Of a stretch of 64,000 nt of DNA, positions 38,303-53,096 are shown one piece after another. A program made the position numbers and the translations under genes. Below the pieces are notes generated by a model. It had not been told where the DNA came from. It saw nothing but the letters and a program-made list of their open reading frames with translations, and ran no database searches. Source of the stretch: the human T2T-CHM13v2.0 reference genome, Homo sapiens; assembly GCF_009914755.1 (NCBI RefSeq), contig NC_060928.1, one strand, 5' to 3'. Position 1 is the stretch's first letter, and each line of letters starts with the position of its first letter.

Positions 38303-40927
38303 AAAAGTGTGAGTTCTAGAAGAGCATTCCCTATTAATAGAATCTTTAGTTAGTAGAATTTTAAAGCAGTGAACCATAAATTTCTAGTGTTCTTCTACAA
38401 AATCTGCCTCTGTCTTGGTTCAGTGTTGGTGCTCTGTCTTCCACAGAGATCCGGGTTGATGAAAGGCCCTTCCAGGGAAGAGCCCCTCAGTTGCACCATC
38501 ATGTTATTCATCAGGGCCAGATGAATAAAGAAGGGACGTACAAGTGTGAAAGCCCCCCAGCATCTGAGCCTACCGGTAGCCAAGAGAAACGAGTCTCCAA
38601 CCTGGTCTTTTGGCTTCCTCATTTCAGCTTACTCTGGCCTGTTCATCTAACACTTACTAAAAGCATGTGACAGTAAGCTTTGAATCAATTCACATATCTT
38701 TCTCTCTCAAAATAATGTTTTTAGTTTTCTGATTATGAGAGAAATGAAAAACCCATTATATAAAATTACAAAAAAAGAAAATATAAAAAAAAAATTACAC
38801 TTTCATCACATTTTTCCTCCCAGTTCTTTTTCTAACTATATACTGACATATATTCTAAGAAAACATTATATTCTTTTAGTGTTCTTTTCTGCTATCTTAA
38901 TTTGCTCTTTTATCACATTACCAAATATTTTTAAATCATTTTTAAATTTTATTATATACATTTACCACAGTTTGTTCAGTCTACTATTGAAGAATATTTA
39001 GCATTTTCCCAGTTTTTCTCTATTATAAACTCTTGTGTTTTTCAGCTTTACTGAGGTATGATTGACAAATAAAAATTGTATATGATGCTTAACCATTCTT
39101 TTTAAATGGCTGCATAAAATTTGCTGCTTGGATTTACTGTCATTTTTTTAGCCACATCCCTATTGATAGGCATTTAAATGATTTTTAGCTAATCACTATT
39201 CAAACAGTGTTACAATAAACATCACTGGTCATGTATCTTTGTGTACAACAGTAGGGTAAATTTTTAGCATTACCAAGTCTATTTTAAATATGAGATACAA
39301 AGATGCAACATCAAGTTTCATATACCTGAGCAAGTAGGTTCTTAGAGCAAGTAGGTGAATATTGCACTTTACATAAATTTGCCTCTGTGACACTTCCACC
39401 TGCACACAATATGCCCCAGGGCAGTTAATTCCAAACACTGGTGACAGGCTAGGTCCAGTGGAGTCATCTGAAGATCTTTATCAGAAAGCACAACCCTGGA
39501 GCTCATTCTCAAAGATTCCGATTCTTTGGTGGGTCCTAGTATTCTGCATTTTAGGAAACTTCCAGGTGACACTAATACACAGCCAGGTTTCAGCAACACT
39601 GCCATAAGAACCCGTATTAAGGAGCTTTTAAAATGGAAAACCAGAAAATAGTCACTAGATGGCAACCTCGCTCACTTTTTGAAAAGCATTTTGAAACAAA
39701 GCAAAGAGAGTTTTTAACTTTCATTCACAATTAAATTTGGAAATGTCTCCCTAAAGGAAGTTTAAAAAAAAAAAAGAAACATACAATCAGGTGCCTCTCT
39801 TTCATAATGCCCGTATCCTATTACTTTTAAACTCCATAAATAAAAACAAGGGCTCTTTTGTTTGAATAATAACAGCCCCCTCTGGAAACTTAATCTAGTT
39901 TTTGTTTGCATACATCTCTCCTATAAAACTCTGAATTTCCTGTTTCCTTAGATAATAAAGTGGAATTTGTCTTAAAAAGTCTCTTTTCTTTCTTACTAAT
40001 GTCTGAATCTCCTTAAAGCCAAGATCAGCTGTGCTTAGTTTTGTGAGGCTAAACCCCCTGACATTAACACGTTGCCATTCTTTTTCTAACTGGCTCTATA
40101 CAGGTGCAGAGATTCTTGGAAGAAACCTTAGAGATCATCTGGTCCAGTGCTCACCTAAGGCAGGTTCACTGTGTTTCACCCCTAATAGCTGGTCATTTTG
40201 CCACTGTTTACATACTTACACTAACAGGGAGTTCATTACCTTACCTTACACTTTTGGTGCTAGGCAGAAAGATGCATTCATTTTCCACATTACATGTTTC
40301 CTGTTTTCTACACTTCTCCTCATCAAACTAAACATTTTTCAATGACCTTTCATGTGCTCTTTCACCACACTTACCTCCAGTTGGTTGGGCACAATATTCC
40401 ACATATTGTTTGAACATCTCAGCAGACCATGTAATAGACTACCCTTTATTCTGGCCACTCAATCCTGTTAATGTAGTCTAGGATTGTGTTAGACTCCTTA
40501 ACATCTACAAAATGCCTATGCCAGCACTTGGTCCAAAATACAGGCTAAATTCATATTAGTTTCCCTTTCTCCTTATTTAATTTCTAATTATATAAGTACT
40601 AACTTCCTTCTGGTTTTTGTTTGCTCATGTGCTTACTCCATAAAAAACAATATTAGACCAGCTCTGCTCTTTGTACAGTATTATATCATTTATTTTCTGA
40701 TCCAGGATGCATAATGCTCTATTTCACAATGCTATTTTATTGAAGTTTCTTCAATCTCGATTTTGTGATCCTAAATATTAACTATCACTCCCAGTTCTTA
40801 AGATGCAAATACTTCCTGGGTGTTCATTCACCAGTTTGAAGAAATTTTGAACAGGGCAGAGGGCAGGCTAGGACAGTGCCTGCAGCATATTGAAGTTGGC
40901 CCCCTTGTAGCCTGATGCTGATCTATT

Positions 40928-41229
<302 letters not shown>

Positions 41230-41419
41230 TGATGCTGATCTATTAATCAATACTTTTTGGGTGCAGCTGTTTGGTTAATAATGACTATGGCTCTATTATT
41301 AACTGGCCTAGATATGCTCACAAAAGAATTTTGTCAAATGCTTTGCTAATATCAATATGCTGAGCTCTACAGCATTTCCTAAACCTACAAGACCAGCAAT
41401 AAGATCAAAAATGCAATCA

Positions 41420-41769
<350 letters not shown>

Positions 41770-41799
41770 TTAAAAAAAAACTAAAGGTTTTTTTTTCAC

Positions 41800-43290
41800 C
41801 TTGGAAAGGTGAAATAGATTACAACCAAATTACAACTGTAATCCCTGGACACATGTAGAACAGACCCAAGAAAACTCTGAAAGGTGGAGAGAATTAAAAA
41901 GATGGGCCAGGGACCTTAAGACTCAAGGAATGACAAGGCATTAAGCTTCCTGGGCTTTTTTTGGTCTCATATATCCCAGACTTGGAGCTCCAGATGCTGG
42001 CAGCCCAGAAACACCAAATACAGACAAAAAAAGCCTGCACACTCTAGCCAAAGGAACAGGAAAGGGGCAGTCCAGCAACGCTGAACACTTTTAGACAATA
42101 ACCACTCTACGCCAGCCAAACACCGCAGAGAAAACTGTGGCCCCAACCCCACCCACACAAGCCAAGGCTGAGTGGGGGAGCCCAGACTTCCAACCTGGAG
42201 ACGCCACCACGAGGTGCCTCAGCCCCGTCACCACCACCACCACCACCTCCGGGGTGGTATCACAGAAGGCTGAGAAGAGAGCTGGTACTCTCATTCCAGC
42301 CAGCCTGTAACAAGCAGTTCCTGTGGTATCAGTGGAGACCATGAGGACAGCCTGGACTCCACTCCCACTCGGCAACTTCCTGCTGAGGGGGGGGCACAGG
42401 AGGTCTAGTGGAGAGTCAAGATTTTTACCACTGCTTAGCAGTAACAATGCCACCTACCTATGGTGCCACCGGAGACCATGTGGGGAGCCAGAACTTCCAC
42501 CCTTTCCTGTAGTAATGAGGAGCCCCCAACACACATGCACACACACACACAGGGATGTCAAGGGAGGCCAAGTGGGAAACCTGGGCGTCTATCTCTACCC
42601 TTCTAAAGTGGTGTCATAGGAAGCAAAAATAGAAGTTAAATAATACCCAGAGTCTTATAATATGAAAGTACCCAGGATTCAATTGAAAATCACTCATCAT
42701 TCAAAGAAACAGGAAGATCTCAAACTGAATGAACAAAGGCAATCAATAGATGCCAACACTGAGTCAGCAGAGATGTTAGAATTTCCTAACAAATTATTGT
42801 AAAGCAGTCATCATAGAAATGCTTCAATGAGAAATTTATAAATGCACTTCAAACAAATGAAAAAGTAGAAAGTTTCAGCAAAGAAAGAGAGGATCTAAAG
42901 AAGAACCAGATGGAAATGTTAGACATGAAAAAGACAATAATGGAAATTTTGAAAAACTCAGTGGATGGGCTCATTAAAAGGATGGAGGGAACAGAGGAAA
43001 AAATCAGTCCACTAGAAGACAGAACAATTTTTCAACCTGAACACAGAAAAAATAGCCTGTAAAAACAAACAAACAAACAAAAACACAAGAGCAGAGCTTC
43101 AGGGACCTATGGATCTAACACTTACGTCATTGGAGTTCTAGAAGGAGAGGAAAAAAAGGGCAGGGCTGAAAAAGCACTTGAAGAAATAATGGCTGAAAGC
43201 TTTCCAAATTGGCAAAAGACAAAAACCTACAGATTTAAATAGGTGGGTGAACTGCAGACAGGATAAACCAATAAACCTACAGAAACCTAC
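41800..43290 (+). mobile_element. Old mammalian L1M 5' region and ORF1 remnant (L1MD/L1MC-like)
   Basis: Repeated gtcagtggagacc/ggggagcc motifs, then A-rich ORF1-like sequence (aagaaccagatggaaatgttagacatgaaaa...gaaataatggctgaaagctttccaaatt). Confidence 0.65.
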
Positions 43291-44109
43291 AGCAAGCTAG
43301 AAAGATCATGCAGGTTTCTCCTTTCTGAATGAACAGAGTGAGAGAATCTGATGCATCCATTAGCTGAATTCCTCTAGAGTAAGGTCATCTGATCTCTCAA
43401 ATAATGAAGGATTCTATTTCCTGACCCAATCAGAAGGTTAGCTGAACCTGTCATCAGAATGTTATTACATTTGCCTAAGAGTGAACCTTTCATGCAGGGT
43501 GCTTGTTGGAGAGCCTAAGAGGTCACAGTGGAGACTTTGTTGTCCCTGAAGGAACAGGCTCTTGGCTGTTTTTGTCTGTTTGCTAATAAATGCTTGAACA
43601 TGTGGTAGCATTCGGTCTGAGACTTGTTTTCACTGTTGGATACCACCATGGGAGCAAAGCCATGGGAAAAGAATCCCATAGTTCCCGGCCACTCCTCACT
43701 ACTGGATGTGCCAATGCTTATCCGAACAACCTGATAATTGTGAATAGCTTAATTGACTTAGGTCATTCACAACAACGTAGTACCAAGCATCTCTATTAAA
43801 ACAAGCAGGCTAAAGAATTAAAACACATTTTATAGGTTACATATTTGGAATACACTAAGCCAGACTTCTTTATTTATGATAATTTATTACCTTTAGGACA
43901 GGTCAAATCATGTGATTTAGATGGGGAGAAATAATACATCAAATCTTACCGTTGTAGGACTTCATACTTAAATATTTGGGTTGAAATTAGGGTAGTGGAC
44001 ACTTGTGTAGAAGCTCCTCTAAGGACTTATAATAAATACAACAAATGAGAGAAACTAAAAGGAAAATTGGAAAACATGAAAACAAAGTGTGAACTATCTG
44101 GGAAATACA

Positions 44110-44560
44110 TTCATAGATATCATTAAACCACCTGAAAACTTAGGGGCTTGAAACAAAAAGGACTTTATTTAGCTTGTAGGCCTTTGGCTTGGCTAGGAGG
44201 TTCTTCCAGACTGGACTGTTCAGCTGATCTCACCTGGGCTCTCTCACATATCTGTGCTCAGCTGGCTGGTCACGTATAGCCTCACTCCCTCACTCACATG
44301 CCTGGTGTTCGGCAGGCTGTTGCCTCAGTTCTCTTGCTCATGACCTTCATCCTCCAGCAGGCTAGCTCAGGCTCAGTCTTGTGACAGTCTCATATGTAAG
44401 TACTTTCCAATGCCCTGCTTGCCTCATGGTTGCTAATGACCCACTGGCAAAAACAAATCACAAAGATAAGCCCTGAAACATACAACTACTTAAGCAACAA
44501 TGACCTAACCAACCAAAGGTATGGTGAGAGGAGGGGAAACATTGCAGCCATTTTTTCCTC
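44110..44560 (-). mobile_element. Old MLT1 LTR
   Basis: aaaccacctgaaaacttaggggcttgaaacaa...cttcatcctccagcaggctagctcaggc...cactggcaaaaacaaatcaca...attgcagccattttt. Confidence 0.6.
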
Positions 44561-44749
44561 ACCCTTAAAAGAGTGTGTCAGTCATGCAAATTATACCAAT
44601 TTATGTCGATCTTTGTCTACACTCCTACTGAATAATTTTCTTTCAATGGATAAATGAGCCTTCTATTAAACTTTAGTCTGATCCTGCACATAAATTAATT
44701 TGCTTTATGGTTCAGATTTGAATGAGTTCAAAAAAAGTATAACAGTATG

Positions 44750-46490
44750 AATTTAATTCATTTATTCAACAAATATCTACTGAGAGCCAACAAGGTACTA
44801 GGCATTGAGGATACTGCAATGAACAAAATAAACTAAAATTCCTGCCTTTAAGAGTTTACATTTATGGTGAATACTGGCAATAAACAAGTTATATTAAATA
44901 AAATATATACTATACAATACAGCCACAGAAGCTAAGGAAAATACTAAGTTGGAGAAAAAGTCTAAGAACTTGTGGAGAGGGCTAATATTTTGTGTAGAGT
45001 GGCAACAAAAACTCAAAATGAACACGTGACTTATGAATACAACCTCAAAGAAAGTAGGGAAGCCAGCCAAGATGATATGAGATGAAAAAAATGTTCCAAG
45101 CAGGGGGAACAGCATATGCAAAGCCCCTGAGGCAGGCATGTGCCTAGCATGTTGAGGAACACCAAGTATGACTTGTGTGGCTGGTACAAAGAGGGTAGTC
45201 AGGGTAGAAAGAGATGGGGTTAGAGATATAATGGAGTTGGGGTCAGGGAGAGTGTCAAAATATAAGATTTAATAGGTTATAGAAAATAGTTTGGCTTTTA
45301 CGATGAGTGGAATAGGAAGCCATCAGATTGTTTTGAACAAGGCAGTGCCATCATCTGACCTCCATTTTAACAGGATCCCCCAGCTGCTGGGTGAAAACTG
45401 GGGCAGAGGCAGAAGCCGCAAGGCAGGTTAGGAGGCTATGGTGACAATCTAGGCAAGAGGAGAGGGTGGCCGGGAGTAACAGTAGGTTTGGAGGGAAGTA
45501 TTTGGGATCAGGATGTGTTTTGAAGGTAAAGTGAACAGAATTTGCTGGTGGATTGGCTCTGGGGGGTGAAAGCTAGGAAAGACTCAACAATGACTCCCAA
45601 GTTTTCAGCCTGAACAGCTTTTGAGGTTGGGAATCATGTGAGAGAAGCAGGATTGCAATTAATGAATATTAGAAGACTAAATTAAACTTGAAGCTCTTGA
45701 TGCAAGAGTGGTTTATGCCCCCATCTGTCCTCTCGTCCACTGCAGTGCACACCCAACCAACTCCCAATGCCAGAACTTCACATCCTTGCTGGAGGACTCT
45801 TTTGCCAATGGAGTCTACTTTACCACCAACATCCCTGGAAGTGCTGGGGAATTAATGCCTTCCAGGAGCAGCCATCAGCCAGTAACTGGCAGGATTTGGT
45901 GTATAAATACCCCAAGTTCCCTCACCTTTTGGCTAGGAGAACTAAGAGGTTGTGTTTTATACTAGTCCTCAGAATTCTGGAAAGTAAGAATATACTCAAG
46001 TTCCCACAGTGGTAGCTGGCTTGATAATAAGTTCTTTGTTGGATTTCTTTATTTATTTGTCTCACTTCCCCATTTCCTTACCTTCATATCCCTCTCCATC
46101 AAAATAAAACAAACAACAACAATAGCAAGAGCTAGTAATTGAATCCTTTCTTAGAGTCTGTTTTTGAACACCTGAAACTATGATAATGCCTATTAGACAT
46201 CCAAAAGGCAATGCTGTGGAAGAAGATGGACACTTAATCTTTGTGATTTAGGGAACAATCAGGCTAGAGATCTAAATTTCAGAGTCAGCATCATATGGAT
46301 AGGTTAGGAGTCATAGGAATAGCTGAAATTATCAAGGGAGTGAGTGAAGACCGAAAAGTTCAAACCCTTGATCACACTAAAGCTTAGAGGTCAGAGAACT
46401 GAGGAGAAACCAGCAGAAAAAAAAAATAAAAAAGTCAAAGAGGAGCAGCCAGAGAGGTCAGAGGAAACTCAAGGGAATGAAAACACTCTT
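44750..46490 (-). mobile_element. L2 (interrupted by LTR16C)
   Basis: ttcatttattcaacaaatatctactgagagcc (L2 3' end); gttccaagcagggggaacagcatatgcaaagccctgaggcagg; continues after 46185. Confidence 0.75.
45707..46184 (+). mobile_element. LTR16C-like ERVL LTR
   Basis: ggtgtataaataccccaag...cccacagtggtagctggcttgataa...gtctcacttcccc...aaataaa...gtctgtttttgaacacctgaaactatgata. Confidence 0.7.
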
Positions 46491-47098
46491 TCCAGTAATT
46501 ACATGTATTAATACCTGGGTCTTACTGCAGATTGAAAGAACCAGGTTCTCTGCTCTTCCAGGTTCACACTAGAAGTCTACATATTTTAAAAGGCTTTTCA
46601 AATATTGCTTAAGCACAATAAGGTTTAATAAACATTGACTCTTAGAAACTCCTGTCTTCCCCTTTTTTGGGGGAGACTGGTGGTGTAGGTAGCATAGCAC
46701 AAATCAGCTTTTATTCTGTCCTATTAAGTTCATGACACAAAAAACTGCTCAACCACAATTGATTTCCAGTAGCTCATCCTGCCACCTAAGCAAATTGTGC
46801 CCTCATAATTAGAGGTGATTTTATACATACATATATACAATGTGTGGTATGTGTGTGTGTGTATTTTTAATTAGCTGGATACAGATCTTTTTTCTGGAGC
46901 TAAGGTTAACCTGAATTGATAATGTTAGTTGCTAGAGGTTTCACACTCACACTCTTGAACTACATCATTAACCCAAAGCAGGTCTGTGGGAACTTCCATT
47001 CTTTTTAAGATGTAAAATCATATCAGATAGCAAGACGTCAGCTTTACTTCAATTCTACACATATTTTTTTAGTAATGACTATATACTACTGAGACTAA

Positions 47099-47400
<302 letters not shown>

Positions 47401-47725
47401 TGGTTTTTTAATTACCAATACTTAGGTATCCAAATGAAATCTCTTTGAAATTGTCATCTTGGGAAGTTATACGCTACATTTCTGAACATCTTTTAGAAAT
47501 GCCTTCAGAATCCACAGCAAGTGTATTTCACTGTCACATCTTTGTTCTCTTACGTGGTCTTGATTTTAGAATTTCCAGTGCCATTAGTACTAATAGTTAA
47601 CACTATTTCATGAGTCTCATAAACTGATGCCTACAGAGTAGTCCCAAGAATATTTACAGAAAAACATAATACAAGCTTAACAGATTAACATGACCACTTC
47701 ATAGGCAAAAATAATAAAAAGATGT

Positions 47726-48239
47726 TGTGATAGTTAATTATATGTGTTGACTTAACAGGGCTAAGGGATGCCCAGATAGCCTGTAAACATTATTTTAAGT
47801 ATGTCTTTGAGGGTGTTTCTGAAAGAGATCAGCGTTGAATCCATCAGTAGACTTAGTACAGAATATCACCCTCATCAATGCAGGTGGGCACCATCCAATG
47901 CATTGAGGGCCTCAAGAGAACAAAGAGGTGGCGGAAGCGTGAATTTTCTCTATCTGCTTGATCTGGGCCATCCATCTTCCCCTGCCTTGGGACGTGGGTG
48001 GTCCTGGTTTTTGGACCTTTGGACTCCAGAACTTACACCAGTAGCCCCCCAGGTTCCCAAGCCTTGAGTCTTGGACTGAATTACACCACCAGTTTTCCTG
48101 GTTCTCCAGTTGGCTTCAGTGTATAGTGGGGCTTCTTGACCTCCATCATCACATGAGCCAATTCCCATAACAAGTCTCTTCTTGTATATCTGTATATATT
48201 CTATTCGTTCCGTGTCTCTGGAGAACCCTGACTAATACA
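47726..48239 (+). mobile_element. MLT2 (ERVL) solo LTR
   Basis: TG start tgtgatagttaattatatgtgttgacttaac; end gtgtctctggagaaccctgactaataCA. Confidence 0.85.
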
Positions 48240-49194
48240 AGTATGCTGTTATTAGTAGAATAAAAAACAGTAGAGATCCACAGAGAGACCGGACTAGTTA
48301 CACAATTCGTGAAGCCCAGTACCAATGAAAATGCAGCATCTCTTGTTCAAAAAGCAGGGGGAAGTGCTATTAAGTACTAAACTACAAAGCTCCTTCCTTG
48401 CTTCCACATATTTCATCTGCTCAAGCCCATGCTCCAGTGTCCCATCAGACTTCAGTTATAAACTGTAAGTTTAAAGATAATCAGTAAGAATCCCAGGATG
48501 GTAAGACAGGAGAAAGAAACCCAGTGTGGGTCCCTTCTGTGTGGGAGGTTCTGTCTGACAGCCAGCCATACAGAGATGACTTCTATTCAAAAAACACCAG
48601 CTTCCACTGATGTGTGGGAAAGTCACAGACTCTGACTTTACTCCTTCTTTTTGCAATAACACGTCTTATATTTTCAGTATTTGTTTCCGTTTAGGTAAAA
48701 GAGCAAATTCAGGAGGCGAGGAAGAGTGTATTCATTAGGGCAGCACAAGCAGTACCTCTGCAGTGGGGTCAGAGGGAGAGAAGTGCCTGGGGATAACCCC
48801 TTCCTGGCTGGCTCACTGAGGCAGGCCAGGAAGTACAGTAGCTGGTAGCTTATTTTACCTCAAGTTCAAACAAACCTTTCCCCTGCAGATGGGTTTCAGC
48901 AAACACCATAAAGTCCACTTTATACAAAACTTCATGGAAACACAGTGGGGCAAAACTAGCCTCATCCCCACCCACTCTCTGCCCCACCTCACTTCCTTTG
49001 CTCCCTGTGGCTAGCATGTCTAATTCAAGGGACAGTCACAAAAATACTGGCTATTAAACATCTTGAGGTTCATTGATATTCTCAGTGTGTTGTAGGTTTC
49101 TGCTAAAACACATTGGTGATTTAAAGGAGTCTACCAGCTCTGAAACCAAGTTTCTTAAATTCCATGAAGCAGTTCCACAGGAGTGCTGTCTTAC

Positions 49195-50663
49195 TGTGTC
49201 CGGAATTGGTGGGTTCTTGGTCTCACTGACTTCAAGAATGAAGCCGCGGACCCTCGCGGTGAGTGTTACAGTTCGTAAAGTCCGCGTGTCCGGAGTTTGT
49301 TCCTTCTGATGTTCGGATGTATTCGGAGTTTCTTCCTTCTTGTGGGTTCGTGGTCTCGCTGGCGCAGGAGTGAAGCTGCACACCTTTGCAATGAGTGTTA
49401 CACCTCATAAAGACAGTGCAGACCCAAAGACTGAGCAGCAGCAAGATTTATTGCAAAGAGCAAAAGAACAAAGCTTCCACCGTGTGGAAGGGGACCCGAA
49501 GCGGGTTGCCACTGCTGGCTGGGGCAGCCTGCTTTTATTCCCTTATCTGGTCCCACCCACATCCTGCTGATTAGTCCATTTTACAGAGAGCTGATTCATC
49601 TGTTTTGCAGAGAGCTGATTGGTCCATTTTGACAGGGTGCTGATTGTTGCTTTTACAATCCCTGAGCTAGACACAAAAGTTCTTCAAGTCCCCACTTGAT
49701 TAGCTAGACACAGAGCACTGATAGGTGCATTTACAAACCTTGAGCTAGACACAGGGTGCTGATTGGTGCATTTACAAACCTTGAGCTAGACACAGAGTGC
49801 TGATTGGTGTATTTACAATCCCTTAGCTAGACATAAAGGTTCTCCAAGTCCCCACTGGATTAGCTAGACACAGAGCACTGATTGGTGCATTAACAAACCT
49901 TGAGCTAGACACAGGGTGCTGATTGGTGTGTTTACAAACCTTGACCTAGACACAGTGCTGATTGGTGTATTTACAATCCCTTAGCTAGACATAAAGGTTC
50001 TCCAAGTCCCCACTAGACTCAGGAGCCCAGCTGGCTTCACCTAGTGGATTCCACACCGGACAGCAGGTGGAGCTGCCCGCCAGTCCCGCACCATGCGCCC
50101 ACAATCCTCAGCCCTTGAGCTGTGGATGGGACCGGGCGCTGCAGAGCAGGGGGTAGCGCTCGTGGGGCCGCGCAGGAGCCCACGGCGGTGGGGGGCGGGA
50201 GGGAGGCTCAGGCATGGCGGGCTGCAGGTCCGGAGCCCTGCCCCGCCGGGAGGCAGCTGAGGCCCGGCAAGAATTCCAGCGCAGCGCCGGGGGGCCGGCA
50301 CTGCTGGGGGACCCGGCGTACCCTCTGCAGCTGCTGGCCTGGGTGCTAAGCCCCTCACTCACCCGGCCGGCAGCACTGGCCGGCTGCTCCGAGTGTGGGG
50401 CCGCCGAGCCCACGCCCACCCAGAACTCGCGCTGGCCTGCAAGCACCAGGCGCAGCCCGGTTCCCACCCGCGCCTCTCCCTCCACACCTCCCGCAAGCTG
50501 AGGGAGCCGGCTCCGGCCTTGGCCAGCCCAGAGAGGGGCTCCCATGGTGGGGAAGCCCCGCAAGAAGTGGCCTGAAGGGCCCCTCAAGCGCAGCGAGAGT
50601 GGGCGCCTAGGCCAAGGAGGTGCCCAGAGCGAGCGAGGGCTGCCAGGAGGCTATCACCTCTCA
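49195..50663 (-). mobile_element. LTR12C (ERV9) solo LTR, complete
   Basis: Termini tgtgtccggaattggtgggttcttggtctc and cacctctca; 4-bp TSD TTAC (49191-49194, 50664-50667); ~41-bp CCAAT-containing tandem repeats at ~49560-50020; CpG-rich block at 50040-50640. Confidence 0.95.
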
Positions 50664-50748
50664 TTACCTTTTCCGTGGTAATTTTCTCCCTGGCAGGAAA
50701 CCACTTAGTTCTTTTGTATCTCAGTAGGTCTGGGACTATTATAATCAC

Positions 50749-51069
50749 ATTGCGGGACTTGTCCTTAATTCAGCTAAAGGCAGGGTCCTTGTCATTTGGC
50801 CACAGAAGTAGGCTTGCAGACAATTTGAAGGGTGAGAATAATGGGATTTACTGGGCAAAAAGGAGAAAAAAAACAGAGTGAGAGTCCTCCTAGTATAAGC
50901 TTCCCACCTCACAGATTGAATCCCAAATTCCACCCAGGAAGAGGAGGGGCCAGGCTCCTCCCCACTGCAAATGGCACAGACTTCTGTGGTTCCACCCCAG
51001 TGCACACTCCTCCCAGTGGGCAGGCTGGTTGGAGATTCTTTGGGGACACTTTCCCACCTGGCTGTCTCA
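50749..51069 (-). mobile_element. MER61-like ERV1 LTR
   Basis: gggacttgtccttaattcagctaaagg...gcagacaatttgaagggtgagaat...cccacctggctgtctca. Confidence 0.75.
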
Positions 51070-52394
51070 ATTATGTGCTGAATAAAGCTTAACTATACAT
51101 CGTAATATGAGAAAACAATGTGTAGAGACTATCTGTAAATTTTACCTCTTCCTCCCACCCCCCCAAAAAAATTGTGGTCAATTTTAAATGTAACTTTTGA
51201 CATTGACACACTTTCCTACCTACCTCCAGTGTATATGCTAATAATGAGAGGTTTTGAGTGAAGTTACTGTATTTCTAATCATTAATTTCTAGTTACAGCA
51301 CATCACAGATTTTCTTAAATCACTTTGAGATACTTTTGGAAGTTCTCGAAAGAGCTTCAAAATAAAACAAACTTTATTTTAATTGATATTAACTACTCAA
51401 CAGTATTAGGAGAAAGTGGGGATACTATGAAATCAAGTTTTAAGATATGAAGTATTCTTTTTACTTCCATAAAATCCTTCCATCACTACTCCAGTCATGT
51501 TGATACCATCTGAATTCAGGTTGTACCAACTATATTTTGCTTTAGTCATTGCTGTTTCCCTCCCAGTAAATATCATTCTCTATTGATTAAACCTAAATAT
51601 ATCAAATGAAATTGATATAATACAATGAAATTTCAGAATGACCCTGAGGAAGAAACCCTTAGACAAATGAGTTGAACTTTCCAAGAAGTTCCTCAGACAG
51701 GGGAGAAAAAAGACAGCAAACTGGTAAAGGAAGAAATTAGAACCGTAAGGACTAAATTTTCCCCAAAGTGAGCTTGAGGTAAAAGGTTTTCCAGTCACAA
51801 TGAAAACAGAATTTGCCAACAAGGTCATGATCACGTCAGACAACTTACAATGGGGAAAAAGAAATTTACAGAAAGCCTTGTTTATTTTTAACCACAAAAT
51901 TTGGACTATTTCCAAACTACCTCTGGGAAGTGCCTGTCTGCCCTTGACCGTGATGTTGTTCCTTTTTCTCTCTTCTCTCCCTCAAACCTTCCCAGCACTC
52001 AGATGCCAACTTAAGGGTAGCAGGGAAGCACTCAATTGCATTTGAAAGTTCTAATCATGTTTTGTTCCTTTAACTTACATAATTGATTCTGGTGATTTGG
52101 GCATTTATCATTGGTAAGGGATTGCTTATTAAATGAATGGGAATACTTGTGCTCCTAATTTAATGCAAAAGCTCTATGCCTTTCTGACCTATGCGGTCTG
52201 CATTATTTTTGAAAAGTATAACTTAGTTATTTGTATTGTAATCCATTTAACAAACAACCTCACTGTCGTTGGTACAGTGTAATAAACTTTCTCTGGCAGC
52301 CAAAAGACTTTATGCACAATACAATGAGTGATTTTTGAGGACATCCTTGACAGTGGGAAATGGACCATATTGTTGTTCATTTCAGGGAGAATCC

Positions 52395-53096
52395 TGTGGA
52401 AGAAAAATAAAAATCTGAGGACCCCAAACTCACTATGCCAAAAGGAAAAGTCAACCTTGGGAACTGAACCACACAGAACTGCCTCCCATTTTATCCCTAA
52501 ATAGCAACAAAGATAGAAGGCCACCTACTTCCCCAGGAGGCCTCCCACACAATTTCCTCATGAAGGAATTTCCTGTGGGCCTCAAGATCTTTACCCTAAA
52601 ACAGTTCTGTTGAATTTCACCCTGACAATGTGAAACTAACAGGTTATCTTCACAGGTAAGGGTCAAAGAACAGGACTGCAAGTGATCCCTCCCCTTGCCT
52701 GAGACAAATAGTATTTGACTTCTTCCTCTGTGTTTACTTTACCTCATGTAAAAATGCAGAGTCACTGAGCAATGCACAATTGACTATTTCTCTAACCCCT
52801 CCTTTCACATGTAACATGTGGATTCAGTGACTGATGATCAAAGCCTCAAAAGAATGCAACAGCTTGCCCCTTTTATCTATTCCCCCTGACACCCTCCCCC
52901 CCGGCTGCCTTTTTCCTTTCTCTTTTCCCTACTGCCCATTCTTTCCCCTTTAAATATTGAAGTCCCAAACCTCCTTGGAAAAAGCATGGATCACAGATGA
53001 TCCTGTGATTTTGTGTTCCTTTTCTTGTCCTCAACCTTGGCAAAGTAAACCTCTAAAATGATTGAGACTCACCTCAGCCATTTTCTCTGATTTATA
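52395..53096 (+). mobile_element. MER4-group ERV1 LTR
   Basis: tgtggaagaaaaataaaaatctgaggaccccaaactcactatgccaaaaggaaaagtcaac...ggcctcaagatctttaccctaaaacagttctgttgaatttcaccctg. Confidence 0.8.

Noticed and set aside
49560-50020. Regular ~41-bp repeats that superficially resemble a CRISPR array
   Set aside because: Contiguous tandem units without unique spacers; these are the known ERV9/LTR12 U3 repeats in eukaryotic DNA.
50040-50640. CpG-island-like block with several GC-rich ORFs
   Set aside because: Lies wholly within LTR12C; the ORFs reflect scarcity of stop codons in GC-rich DNA.
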